The notes beneath the pieces are model-generated. The model was not told where the DNA came from. It did no database searches and saw only the letters and a program-made list of their open reading frames with translations. A DNA stretch of 64,000 bases from Candidatus Nanohaloarchaea archaeon (GTDB lineage: Archaea > Nanohalarchaeota > Nanosalinia > Nanosalinales > Nanosalinaceae): the NCBI GenBank assembly GCA_047617745.1, contig JBLGBN010000001.1, positions 1-64,000 of the forward strand, written 5' to 3'. Both the position numbers and the translations under genes were made by a program. Each line of letters starts with the position of its first letter. Position 1 is the first letter of the stretch. Shown here in pieces: positions 55,926 through 64,000 of the stretch.

Positions 55926-57815
55926 CTAACATTTCACCTCAACCTTCTCCACAGAGGATCCCTTCAACTCTGAATCTCCAGTTTTTCCTTCGACTTTTAC
56001 CTTGAAAGAATTAATCTGTCCAATGTCGAATGACCTGTCCCCGCTGCTCGCAAATGAGATTCTCCCATTATCACCATCAGAGTTCGACTCGAAAACGATT
56101 TCTTCCTCCTCGAGGTAGTATATCCATCCAGATTCCTCTTCGTTTCCTAGATTCTCGCCTTCTATGTAAAACCTATATGTGTCATCATCATATGTTGAGC
56201 TGGCAGTATAACTGTTACCTTCGCTTGTTTCTATTTGATAAGTTACATCTGCTTCAGTAGTTCTTAACGGGTGGATTACAACCTTTTCCACCGACCTGTA
56301 ATGGTCTAAAAAGCTGGCCGTAGTAGAACCGCCACTTTCGTAGACGTTAAAATGTAAACCTTCACTATCTCTTGCTACCTCAGAACTCTGGCTGGATTCT
56401 ACTTTGTAAATGTCTGTAATATCATACATAGAATCCGACTCTTCGCAGCTTTGATCTTTATCTCCATACCAAACTGTATTGTAGTAGTTGAAGCCTCCTC
56501 CACCTTTTTGAGAAATTTGATCCTCGACTAGACCACATTTAACATCTATACCATTCCAGTTTCTGCCGCTGAGATCCTCTTTGTGGTAATTCATTACCTC
56601 CTGGAATGAACAACTTTCTCCCCCGTTCCCGAAGTCTAATTCCGGTCCAACCTGATTACCCTCCACGGTTAGATCAGGACTCTGGTCGATACAATCGGTT
56701 GCGCCACGTTCCGCCACCATCCGCGGGAATACAATTTCTGTTCCGAACCCGCTTGCCCAGTCGAAGTTGTCAACATCTGTCTCCCCAGAATTATCAATAG
56801 CCCCTGCGTTGGATTGGATATAACCTGTCGCGTTCTCGCATAAGACATATTTAGCAGGTTTGAGCTCGGGACCATCCGCGCCCAATAGAAACTCCTTTAA
56901 ATCGGAATTTGTTCCCCGACCGCATAAGGTTAAACCGTTCGTATAACCATCGTACCCTTCCTTAATTATAGGGATGTTCTGCATTCTCACCCGAAAAGCG
57001 TATATCATTCTCTGACCCCCGTTGTACTTATTGATATCTTCGTTATTACCGGAATAAATCTCGTATAAAGCAGAAATAGGCTCATGTTCAGGATAGAAAA
57101 CTGCTTGTTTTTTCGCGGCATGGCTGCGTGAGCAATCATTCGAACTTAACCCATCCGGCAACATGAGTGATGTTCTGCTATTTCTCCAGAAATCGGGAAA
57201 GTTACCAAAATCTGTCGGGGCATCCTTATATAGACTTAGTGATCCGATCTGAGGTTCCTCAAAAACGAGTGTATTCTCCATATTAAAGCCGATCTTTCCG
57301 AACCTTCCCTCCATATCATTAGTCTGCTTAGAATTAGGGCCAGGTCTCGCACCATCTAGAGCGGGTTTAACTATCTCCGTTGGCGAGTCAGTTCCTACAC
57401 ATGTTAGCGGAGCCTCACCTTTCCCTTTACTGACTTCAAATGCTTCTCCGACATTACCTGTATCATAGTTGAAGTAGACGACATCTTTATCCGGATTTCC
57501 AGAACCAAGCTGACGCCAATCTGCATCATCTACAAGCGGTAAAAAATCGCACCTCTGAGCCATAATCATATTCACAAGAATTGTCTCCCTCACTTCCTGT
57601 TTTGCCTTATCCTCATCCGGATTTTCTTCACTATCCCCCTCATAGATATCGCCGAAGGTTACACTTCTGTCTATCGAGCCTAGCGCATCCTGGAAGCTGT
57701 TAACATTTGGGTCAAGCGAGTTTACTTTGATAGAATCCAAGGTTCCGAATATAGCTAGTCCTACTAAGATCGGCAGAAATATTTTGAAGACCGTGGATTG
57801 CATTGTGAGCGACAT
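55926..57815 (-). CDS. large N-anchored Cys-containing surface protein, candidate pilus adhesin
   Basis: N-terminal hydrophobic segment, many Cys, embedded in the pilin operon. Confidence 0.75.
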   Translation of the reverse strand: MSLTMQSTVFKIFLPILVGLAIFGTLDSIKVNSLDPNVNSFQDALGSIDRSVTFGDIYEGDSEENPDEDKAKQEVRETILVNMIMAQRCDFLPLVDDADWRQLGSGNPDKDVVYFNYDTGNVGEAFEVSKGKGEAPLTCVGTDSPTEIVKPALDGARPGPNSKQTNDMEGRFGKIGFNMENTLVFEEPQIGSLSLYKDAPTDFGNFPDFWRNSRTSLMLPDGLSSNDCSRSHAAKKQAVFYPEHEPISALYEIYSGNNEDINKYNGGQRMIYAFRVRMQNIPIIKEGYDGYTNGLTLCGRGTNSDLKEFLLGADGPELKPAKYVLCENATGYIQSNAGAIDNSGETDVDNFDWASGFGTEIVFPRMVAERGATDCIDQSPDLTVEGNQVGPELDFGNGGESCSFQEVMNYHKEDLSGRNWNGIDVKCGLVEDQISQKGGGGFNYYNTVWYGDKDQSCEESDSMYDITDIYKVESSQSSEVARDSEGLHFNVYESGGSTTASFLDHYRSVEKVVIHPLRTTEADVTYQIETSEGNSYTASSTYDDDTYRFYIEGENLGNEEESGWIYYLEEEEIVFESNSDGDNGRISFASSGDRSFDIGQINSFKVKVEGKTGDSELKGSSVEKVEVKC

Positions 57816-57819
57816 TGTT

Positions 57820-57996
57820 CTAGCAGGGCTGTATCGCCCCTCCTGAAGTGTCAGATATTATGGATGCTATAGGGCTACATCCCTCTGCGGCCCCCTGTGC
57901 ATCAAATATCGATCCCATGATCAGCGATCCGACCACGAGAAACATGAATAAAGCGATTACCAGTCCGACCAGAAAGTTCATTGACGATCCTTTCAT
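57820..57996 (-). CDS. 58-aa pilin-like protein (not in ORF track)
   Basis: MKG|SSMNFLVGLVIALFMFLVVGSLIMGSIFDAQGAAEGCSPIASIISDTSGGAIQPC. Confidence 0.75.
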   Translation of the reverse strand: MKGSSMNFLVGLVIALFMFLVVGSLIMGSIFDAQGAAEGCSPIASIISDTSGGAIQPC

Positions 57997-58103
57997 GGTC
58001 TCAACCCCTGTGACCAGAATATTAGCATTGCTGCAACTATGATCATCGTTAATCCTATCTCGTACAGCATATACGTTGAGAGTTTTCCTTTACGTTGGGA
58101 CAC
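57993..58103 (-). CDS. 36-aa Flp-sized pilin-like peptide (not in ORF track)
   Basis: GTG start, MSQRKG|KLSTYMLYEIGLTMIIVAAMLIFWSQGLRP; ATGA overlap downstream. Confidence 0.6.
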   Translation of the reverse strand: MSQRKGKLSTYMLYEIGLTMIIVAAMLIFWSQGLRP

Positions 58104-60228
58104 CTTGTACAATACCTCCGAACAAGACCGATACTATGATCAGGCTTAAACTGTAGAATATCATTCCTGAAATAAGTATCTTCCCGATGAACATGTTTCT
58201 GTAGGTTTTGTTCTCCCCCTCCTGGATCTTCATGTAGAATGTTCCAAGGATAAACAGTAGCTGGATAAGGTAAACACCAACAACGAACTGCAGTACTTCT
58301 GGAGGGATTGCCGAGTCAAGATTTCCAAGTATTCCTGTAAAGTCTCCTCCAGCTCCCGCCTGTGTCGATCCTATCTCTCCCTCTATATCAGAGAAAGATC
58401 TGCTGAGCTCGTACATCGCAGTTATAATCGTCTGAGACATCCCTACCGCTATACCTGAAACAATTGGTGCCAGAAGGTAGGCAAGCATCAGAATTGTTGT
58501 CGTAGTATCCTCCATCAGATCGTTGAGCCTTTCCTGCGTCTTATGGATGTTGTCAAGATACTTGGAGATTGTCATCATAGCCATGGAAGCCATATTGGTT
58601 CCTTTATCTGAGGACTTGAGAATCGCCTTCATCACTGTATGGATCATCTGTGACGGGAACTGCCTCAGAGCGCCGTAGCTCTCGTCGAAAATCGCTTTCT
58701 CAAATGTCATTCCCATGTCTTTGATGTTGTGAGAGGATTCTCTGAAAAGCGCAGAGATCTCCAGATCGGAGGTTGATTCCGCTGCTTCCTCCAGCGCTAA
58801 TTCAATAGGCGTACCTCCCGAGATCTTGTTTCCTAGCTGGAACAGTGCTGTTGGGAACTGCTGCTCAATGTTCTTGAGGTTCTCCTCTGCTTTCTTCCTT
58901 TTCTTGTTTCCAAGGATTAATGCTGTTCCAATACCGAGACCAGCTCCAGTAGTCAGACTTAAGCTCCTCATAAGCATCGCGAGCGGTGAGACTCCATCCG
59001 AACCCCCAAGAAGAGCCGGTATTGAGGTTTGCTCCAAGACTTCCGCTCCTACCGGGTAGGTATAAGGGAATATAAGATAGCCGACCATTCCGTATAGCCC
59101 TATAACGAAGAAAATCCCCAAGCCGATAGGCCATGTCGGGATTTCAATATCCAGAGATTCTATAAGATATTTTCCACGAGTTGGTAAGCTTTCCTCGCTG
59201 GTAGGTTTGGAACTGACTGTTGGGGGTCTGGAGCTTAACACCCTCTGCATGAACCAGTAAAGAAATCCAGGGAGCATAACATTGAACAGCAGAAACAAAT
59301 GGGTTATCGTAATACTCGAACCCATGAACACCGAGATAAGCGGTAGCATAATCATGCCGAGAACCGGGAGCATAGCACCCATAGCGTTCAGTATCATGAC
59401 CGGAGTTTTCAAGCCCTGTGCGTAATGTTTCATCTTCTCCTGTGTCCCATCAAGAATTCTATCAATCGAATCCTGAAGAAGCGACTCTCTTCTCTCCTTG
59501 TTGGGCTCATTTACCGCAGCTTTAAGCAGCTGGAGGGACTCCAGGAAGTCATCGTTATAGTCTTTCCAGGCTTTCGTGTACTTCTCCAGCGATTCCTCTA
59601 TACTGTTGTATTTACCAACCTCTACATCCCACAGAATACCTTTCAGATCTTTGGATATAGGCCCTTCAAGGTTTAGAGCTGCAAACCTGATGGCGCCTTC
59701 AAGATTAGGCGAGCTCCGCATGTATATTACCATGTAGAGTATCGATAGTATCATCTCACCGCTGCTCTTGATAACCTTGTTCTTGGCGGCGTAAACAGGC
59801 TTGTAGTAGACATAAGCCCCAGAAGCTGCCGATATAACTCCGGCCACCATCATAATCGAGACCGGGATAAAAGGGCCTAAAACCATGTTAACCATAAAAG
59901 CTAGAGACCACAACATGAAAAGCCCAAAGCTAACCATTACAGAAGCTGAAAGAACCATTCCCGGGGTTATATCCCACTTCAGGAGACGTAATGGCGGACT
60001 CAATTTCTTCTGACTCCTTTTCCCGGCTTTAATGTTCAGTATTTCAGAAGATTTGTTGCAAAGCTTCTCATACCTGCTCATCTGGTTCTCTTCTTTTTCT
60101 TCCTCTTTGTATTCTTTGTACTCACGGGAATAGCCTCTTTTCGAGCCCGTGTTATACGGTGGCATCTTCATACCGGCGTTCAAATCGTTTACTATATCTT
60201 TTAGCCTTTCACGCTCGTCCTGGTCCAT
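58090..60228 (-). CDS. fused double-domain pilus platform protein (TadB/TadC-like)
   Basis: SPNLEGAIRFA..GPIS.DL and EQQFPTALFQLG..I..GTPIE; many TMs. Confidence 0.85.
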   Translation of the reverse strand: MDQDERERLKDIVNDLNAGMKMPPYNTGSKRGYSREYKEYKEEEKEENQMSRYEKLCNKSSEILNIKAGKRSQKKLSPPLRLLKWDITPGMVLSASVMVSFGLFMLWSLAFMVNMVLGPFIPVSIMMVAGVISAASGAYVYYKPVYAAKNKVIKSSGEMILSILYMVIYMRSSPNLEGAIRFAALNLEGPISKDLKGILWDVEVGKYNSIEESLEKYTKAWKDYNDDFLESLQLLKAAVNEPNKERRESLLQDSIDRILDGTQEKMKHYAQGLKTPVMILNAMGAMLPVLGMIMLPLISVFMGSSITITHLFLLFNVMLPGFLYWFMQRVLSSRPPTVSSKPTSEESLPTRGKYLIESLDIEIPTWPIGLGIFFVIGLYGMVGYLIFPYTYPVGAEVLEQTSIPALLGGSDGVSPLAMLMRSLSLTTGAGLGIGTALILGNKKRKKAEENLKNIEQQFPTALFQLGNKISGGTPIELALEEAAESTSDLEISALFRESSHNIKDMGMTFEKAIFDESYGALRQFPSQMIHTVMKAILKSSDKGTNMASMAMMTISKYLDNIHKTQERLNDLMEDTTTTILMLAYLLAPIVSGIAVGMSQTIITAMYELSRSFSDIEGEIGSTQAGAGGDFTGILGNLDSAIPPEVLQFVVGVYLIQLLFILGTFYMKIQEGENKTYRNMFIGKILISGMIFYSLSLIIVSVLFGGIVQGVPT

Positions 60229-60238
60229 TTTTACCGCC

Positions 60239-62509
60239 TCATACCTGCTGGTTCAGCCACTCCTGCCACCGGGCGAATATCCTTTCAGGATCCTGACTCC
60301 CGTACTCTTCTCCGACCTTTTCCGCCAGTATGTGGTATTTCTGGTTTGCCTTCACCACAAACTCTGCCTCAAGCAGCTCATCGTTGCCTGTTTCCTCTGC
60401 TCTCTCCACCAACTCTCTCTTCATCTTTTCTCTCAGCTTGATATTGTTCCAAACTGCCTCCCAGTCATTCTTCCATTCCCTTATGTTTTCCGCGATCCGG
60501 TTCAGAATCTCCGACTCGCCATTCTTCAGGGTGTCTGTCGGCACTAATTCGTCTTTATTCGAGTCGTAACGCATCAGATCGACAAAAGCACCTTCTTCCT
60601 GCGGATCATCAGTCCAGTCCTTTCTAACCTCTGTGATGCCGGTTACTCTCCTGTATGTTTCCAGGCCGTCCGGGCTCTGGATTTTGTTAACCGAGACAAT
60701 AATATCGGTCGCCTTGAAAGAGGTTCTTGGAACGTTCAGGTCGTTGACAACTCTGTCAAAAACAGAATAAGCTGACTCTCCGTGAATTGTTCCACCAACA
60801 AAGTTGGCTACAGCCCCGACACGCATAGCTTCGTAGAGCGTCTTGGCTTCATCGGATCTAACCTCTCCAATAACCAGAGCCGAGTCTCCTAATCTTAAAG
60901 AAGTTCTAATAGCTTCTTCAGCCGGTAGTTCATTCTCGACCTGCGTAATAACAGATCTAGACTTCATGGACTCGACGTTGAAACCTAGATCCTTCATCTG
61001 GCGGATTGGAAGTTCCATAGTGTCTTCAACAGTTACTATACGCTCTTTTTTCAGCAGTTCAAGCATTGAAGCTGATAATAGCGAGGTTTTACCTGCTCCT
61101 CTTGTACCTGCAAACAGAACTGATCGGTTGCCGTCAACTATAAACGATAGAAGCCCTGCGCCGAGCGGGTTGATGAAGTCCCGGTCTATGAAGAGAGGGA
61201 GTGTCCACGCCCGGGATCTGTGTCTCCTGAACGCGAACGCCAGTCCTTCCGGCGATAAGTTTTCCTGTATAATCGCGACTCTTGCCCGGCCGCCTGGGAC
61301 CTCTGTATCTGTATCGAGTACCGGGTTGGCTTCGTCCAATGGTCTGCCGGACTGTATCCTGAATCTGGTGGCCCAGGACTCGGCTTCCTCCTTTGTAGGT
61401 ATTAGGTTGGTCTCGCATTCCTCATATTCCTGGTGTTTAATGTAGATAGGCGAGTTACCAATAGGAGAGTTAATGAAGACGTCCTGAACCTTTGGATCCG
61501 CCAGCAGTAACTCAAGCACGCCTAGACCGGAAGTGTAACGGTTTAGTATCGATGTTAGCTGCTCTGATTCCTCTCTGGAGAGCTGTATATCCATCTGCTG
61601 GGCGATATCCCGTATCATATCCCGGCCGATGTTCTGGAATACCTGTCTCATTCTGTCGGGTCGTGCGAACTCACCGGACTCAGGTTGGTGAGATGCCAGA
61701 AATCTTCTGGCTGCATCCAGTAATTTGTATTTCTCTTCGGAAAGGTTGAACTCTGGCGGATTAACATGGTAAACGGGCTGAACCTGATCAGGTACATCGT
61801 AGACCGACACCTCTACATCGTTCCTTGATTCGTACCTGTCGATCTCCTCTCCTCTCTCTGGAGGGAGCGACATGAATTTCGTAAGCATGAAGTTTGGTCT
61901 AACCAGCGGATGGAAGAACTCTCTGTAGACCTCTCTGTCCCCTACATGGTGACCTGTTATAAATTCCTCGCTCTTTGCCTGGTCAATCATCTCGCAGTCC
62001 TCCAGCGTCTTCTTGACCGGTCGGATAACATCCTGTATAAAGTATTTCAGACATCTCTTCTTCTGGGGGTATGCTTCATTCATTTCCTGCTTGAGGTGTC
62101 TCTCTTTTCTTTTCAGCTGGACGTAACCCCCAATCGGGTCTTTTCGCAGCTGGTCAATAACTATCCTCTGAACATCAGGAAGGTGATCCTGGTACAGGCT
62201 CTCGCATTTATCTGTCCGGATGTTCTGTGACAGATATCCCTGTGAAGATATATCCCTTATTGCCTCGGAGATCTCCTTCAGCATTCTTACCTGCTCGTCG
62301 CCGTACTCGTAGTCACGGGACTCTGATAGTACTACTGAGGAGGCGTCAGGCACTTCCTGAAGTATATTGATAACTCTAGACATGACCTCAGGGTAATCCT
62401 CAATAGAAGCTCCATAGATTGAACCAAGCATGTTGACTTCTATCGTCCCACTCTCATCGTCGTATTCGTAGTCGAAAACGTCTTTGTCCTGTACGCTCAT
62501 ACCCAGCAT
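60239..62509 (-). CDS. type II/IV secretion / pilus assembly ATPase
   Basis: SGRPLDEANP, AGTRGAGKT, TVEDTME, LRLGDSALVIGEVRS, GTIHG. Confidence 0.93.
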   Translation of the reverse strand: MLGMSVQDKDVFDYEYDDESGTIEVNMLGSIYGASIEDYPEVMSRVINILQEVPDASSVVLSESRDYEYGDEQVRMLKEISEAIRDISSQGYLSQNIRTDKCESLYQDHLPDVQRIVIDQLRKDPIGGYVQLKRKERHLKQEMNEAYPQKKRCLKYFIQDVIRPVKKTLEDCEMIDQAKSEEFITGHHVGDREVYREFFHPLVRPNFMLTKFMSLPPERGEEIDRYESRNDVEVSVYDVPDQVQPVYHVNPPEFNLSEEKYKLLDAARRFLASHQPESGEFARPDRMRQVFQNIGRDMIRDIAQQMDIQLSREESEQLTSILNRYTSGLGVLELLLADPKVQDVFINSPIGNSPIYIKHQEYEECETNLIPTKEEAESWATRFRIQSGRPLDEANPVLDTDTEVPGGRARVAIIQENLSPEGLAFAFRRHRSRAWTLPLFIDRDFINPLGAGLLSFIVDGNRSVLFAGTRGAGKTSLLSASMLELLKKERIVTVEDTMELPIRQMKDLGFNVESMKSRSVITQVENELPAEEAIRTSLRLGDSALVIGEVRSDEAKTLYEAMRVGAVANFVGGTIHGESAYSVFDRVVNDLNVPRTSFKATDIIVSVNKIQSPDGLETYRRVTGITEVRKDWTDDPQEEGAFVDLMRYDSNKDELVPTDTLKNGESEILNRIAENIREWKNDWEAVWNNIKLREKMKRELVERAEETGNDELLEAEFVVKANQKYHILAEKVGEEYGSQDPERIFARWQEWLNQQV

Positions 62510-62539
62510 TATTATTCAAGGTTTGCTACAATAAAAGAT

Positions 62540-63016
62540 GTGCCACAGCAGGATCTGTTAAACAGGATTGTTGACAGGGTCAACGACTTCAACAGAAGGA
62601 TCAGAGACCTTGAAGAAAAGGTCCGCAACCTTACAGCCAGAGTCAATACTCTCGACGACTCTCTTCTGGATAAGACAAATGACCTGCAGAACGATATACA
62701 GGAACTTGAAGATGATTTAGAGGAGATAAGGGACAGAATAGCGAATATGGAAGTCGATATCAAGGAATTAAACCGTGAGAAAAAGAAGTATGTAACCGAA
62801 CAGGAAATCGATGAGATAGAGAACTACATGGATTTGATGAACCCTATCCAGTCCTCCTTCGCAACTAAAAAGGAGGTTAAAGAAATAGTGAACAAGAGCA
62901 ACGGGGTTTCCGAGGAGAAAATCGAGGAAATAGTTGACAGAAAGATAAAAAGCAGAAGAACCAAACCAAATAATAAAAGAAGTTCCAAAACAAGTAGTGA
63001 GGAAGGACAAAAATGA
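62540..63016 (+). CDS. coiled-coil protein divergent from the pilus ATPase
   Basis: heptads RRIRDLEEKVRNL; IENYMDLMNP. Confidence 0.8.
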   Translation: MPQQDLLNRIVDRVNDFNRRIRDLEEKVRNLTARVNTLDDSLLDKTNDLQNDIQELEDDLEEIRDRIANMEVDIKELNREKKKYVTEQEIDEIENYMDLMNPIQSSFATKKEVKEIVNKSNGVSEEKIEEIVDRKIKSRRTKPNNKRSSKTSSEEGQK

Positions 63017-63825
63017 AATTCCAGCTCTTCGGACGGCTCCGAGACAACCAGGAGGAAGAAGAAACCACGACTCAGGAAACAGGCTCTGGTTTCAACGACC
63101 AGGATGGAATATCTGATTTCGGAGGCGGCCTGCAGAGAACAGTTGAGAACCTGTTCGAACAGGGTTACTCCGAAGAGGAAGTAAGGCAGGAGCTTCAGGG
63201 ACAGTACTCCCGCGAAGAAGTGCAGGGAGCAATAAACCAGGCAGTTAAAACATCTGCCACAACACAGGAGGACGGACCGGAACCAATGACACCATACCAA
63301 GGAGAAAACGAAGACGTAAGCCCTATGGACGAAGGATTTAATGAAAACCAGCAGGATCAGGAACAGGGAATGAACCCTCAGCCTAACCCTCCTATGAATC
63401 AGCAGATGGGTCAACAGCAACCTCCAAATCAGGGAAATGGAAATGTTGAAGAATTAATTGAAACAATTGTAGCCGAGAACTTTGAAAGAGTTGAAAACGA
63501 ATTCGAAAATGTATACTCCGAAATTGACGAGATGAAGGAGCAGCTCGGAGAAATGGAAGACCGTATCCATGATCTTGAAGTTAGAGACGATGAAGATGAG
63601 ACGCAGGTTATCCAGAAGATGGATGAAATTGAAGATGATATTAACGAGTACCAGTCAAGGATCGGCGGTCTGGAGAAAGCCTTCCAGCAGGTTCTTCCAT
63701 CACTTGTTGACAATGTAAGAGATCTAACGCAGCTTGTACAGGAGATAAAACAGGAAAGAGGTATTGAAACAAGCTCAAACGTAGATCAAGATGATATTGA
63801 TGACATAGACATGGAAGAATGGTAA
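63013..63825 (+). CDS. acidic protein with small helical domain, Q/P linker and coiled coil
   Basis: LFEQGYSEEEVRQEL; EELIETIVAE; GLEKAFQQVLPSLVDNV. Confidence 0.8.
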   Translation: MKFQLFGRLRDNQEEEETTTQETGSGFNDQDGISDFGGGLQRTVENLFEQGYSEEEVRQELQGQYSREEVQGAINQAVKTSATTQEDGPEPMTPYQGENEDVSPMDEGFNENQQDQEQGMNPQPNPPMNQQMGQQQPPNQGNGNVEELIETIVAENFERVENEFENVYSEIDEMKEQLGEMEDRIHDLEVRDDEDETQVIQKMDEIEDDINEYQSRIGGLEKAFQQVLPSLVDNVRDLTQLVQEIKQERGIETSSNVDQDDIDDIDMEEW

Positions 63826-63826
63826 A

Positions 63827-64000
63827 TTAGTCTTCTTCTCCTGATTCTCCTTTTGTTATCGCGACTATAACTCCCAGAAGGAATACCAGTGTGAGGATAG
63901 GCATTACAACCTGGTCAAAAGATTCTCCCTCAAATAGCTGAATTAGCGATTCGATCGGGAAGTCAAGCTGGAACTGTATTATTAGAACACCAATAAACGC
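63827..64000 (-). CDS. membrane protein, 3' part (runs off the window)
   Basis: open frame AFIGVLIIQF...VVMPILTLVFLLGVIVAITKGESGEED*. Confidence 0.6.
   Translation of the reverse strand, partial: AFIGVLIIQFQLDFPIESLIQLFEGESFDQVVMPILTLVFLLGVIVAITKGESGEED

Noticed and set aside
57848..58042. 64-aa plus-strand ORF
   Set aside because: Antisense shadow of two better-supported minus-strand pilin-like ORFs

Overview
This is an archaeal genome segment, most likely from Nanohaloarchaeota (DPANN). The evidence is a Glu/Asp-rich proteome, archaeal information-processing genes, many TATA-driven leaderless genes, divergent rRNAs and intron-rich tRNAs. The window opens with the 3' end of 16S rRNA. The 23S gene lies ~10.5 kb downstream inside its own BHB processing stem, and no 5S gene follows it. 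The 16S-23S interval holds an inverted intron-containing tRNA-Ala and the most striking locus: a small secreted protein resembling phage tail/fibre structural subunits, followed by a 2687-aa membrane-anchored protein with ~89 almost perfectly phased 20-aa repeats and a glycine-rich tip (candidate ruler-templated surface filament). The window also carries RNase P RNA, five tRNAs (four with introns), two type IV pilus/Tad-like loci, an operon of secreted phage tail-fibre-like proteins and a pilin-DUF285 fusion. The second pilus locus has ~13 pilin-like genes, several lacking any cleavable leader and several missed by the ORF track. Housekeeping genes include argS, dys, top6AB, rio1, aIF-1A, nmd3, ef1b, fen, gpmI and alba. 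All calls come from reading the sequence by eye; no database searches were run.
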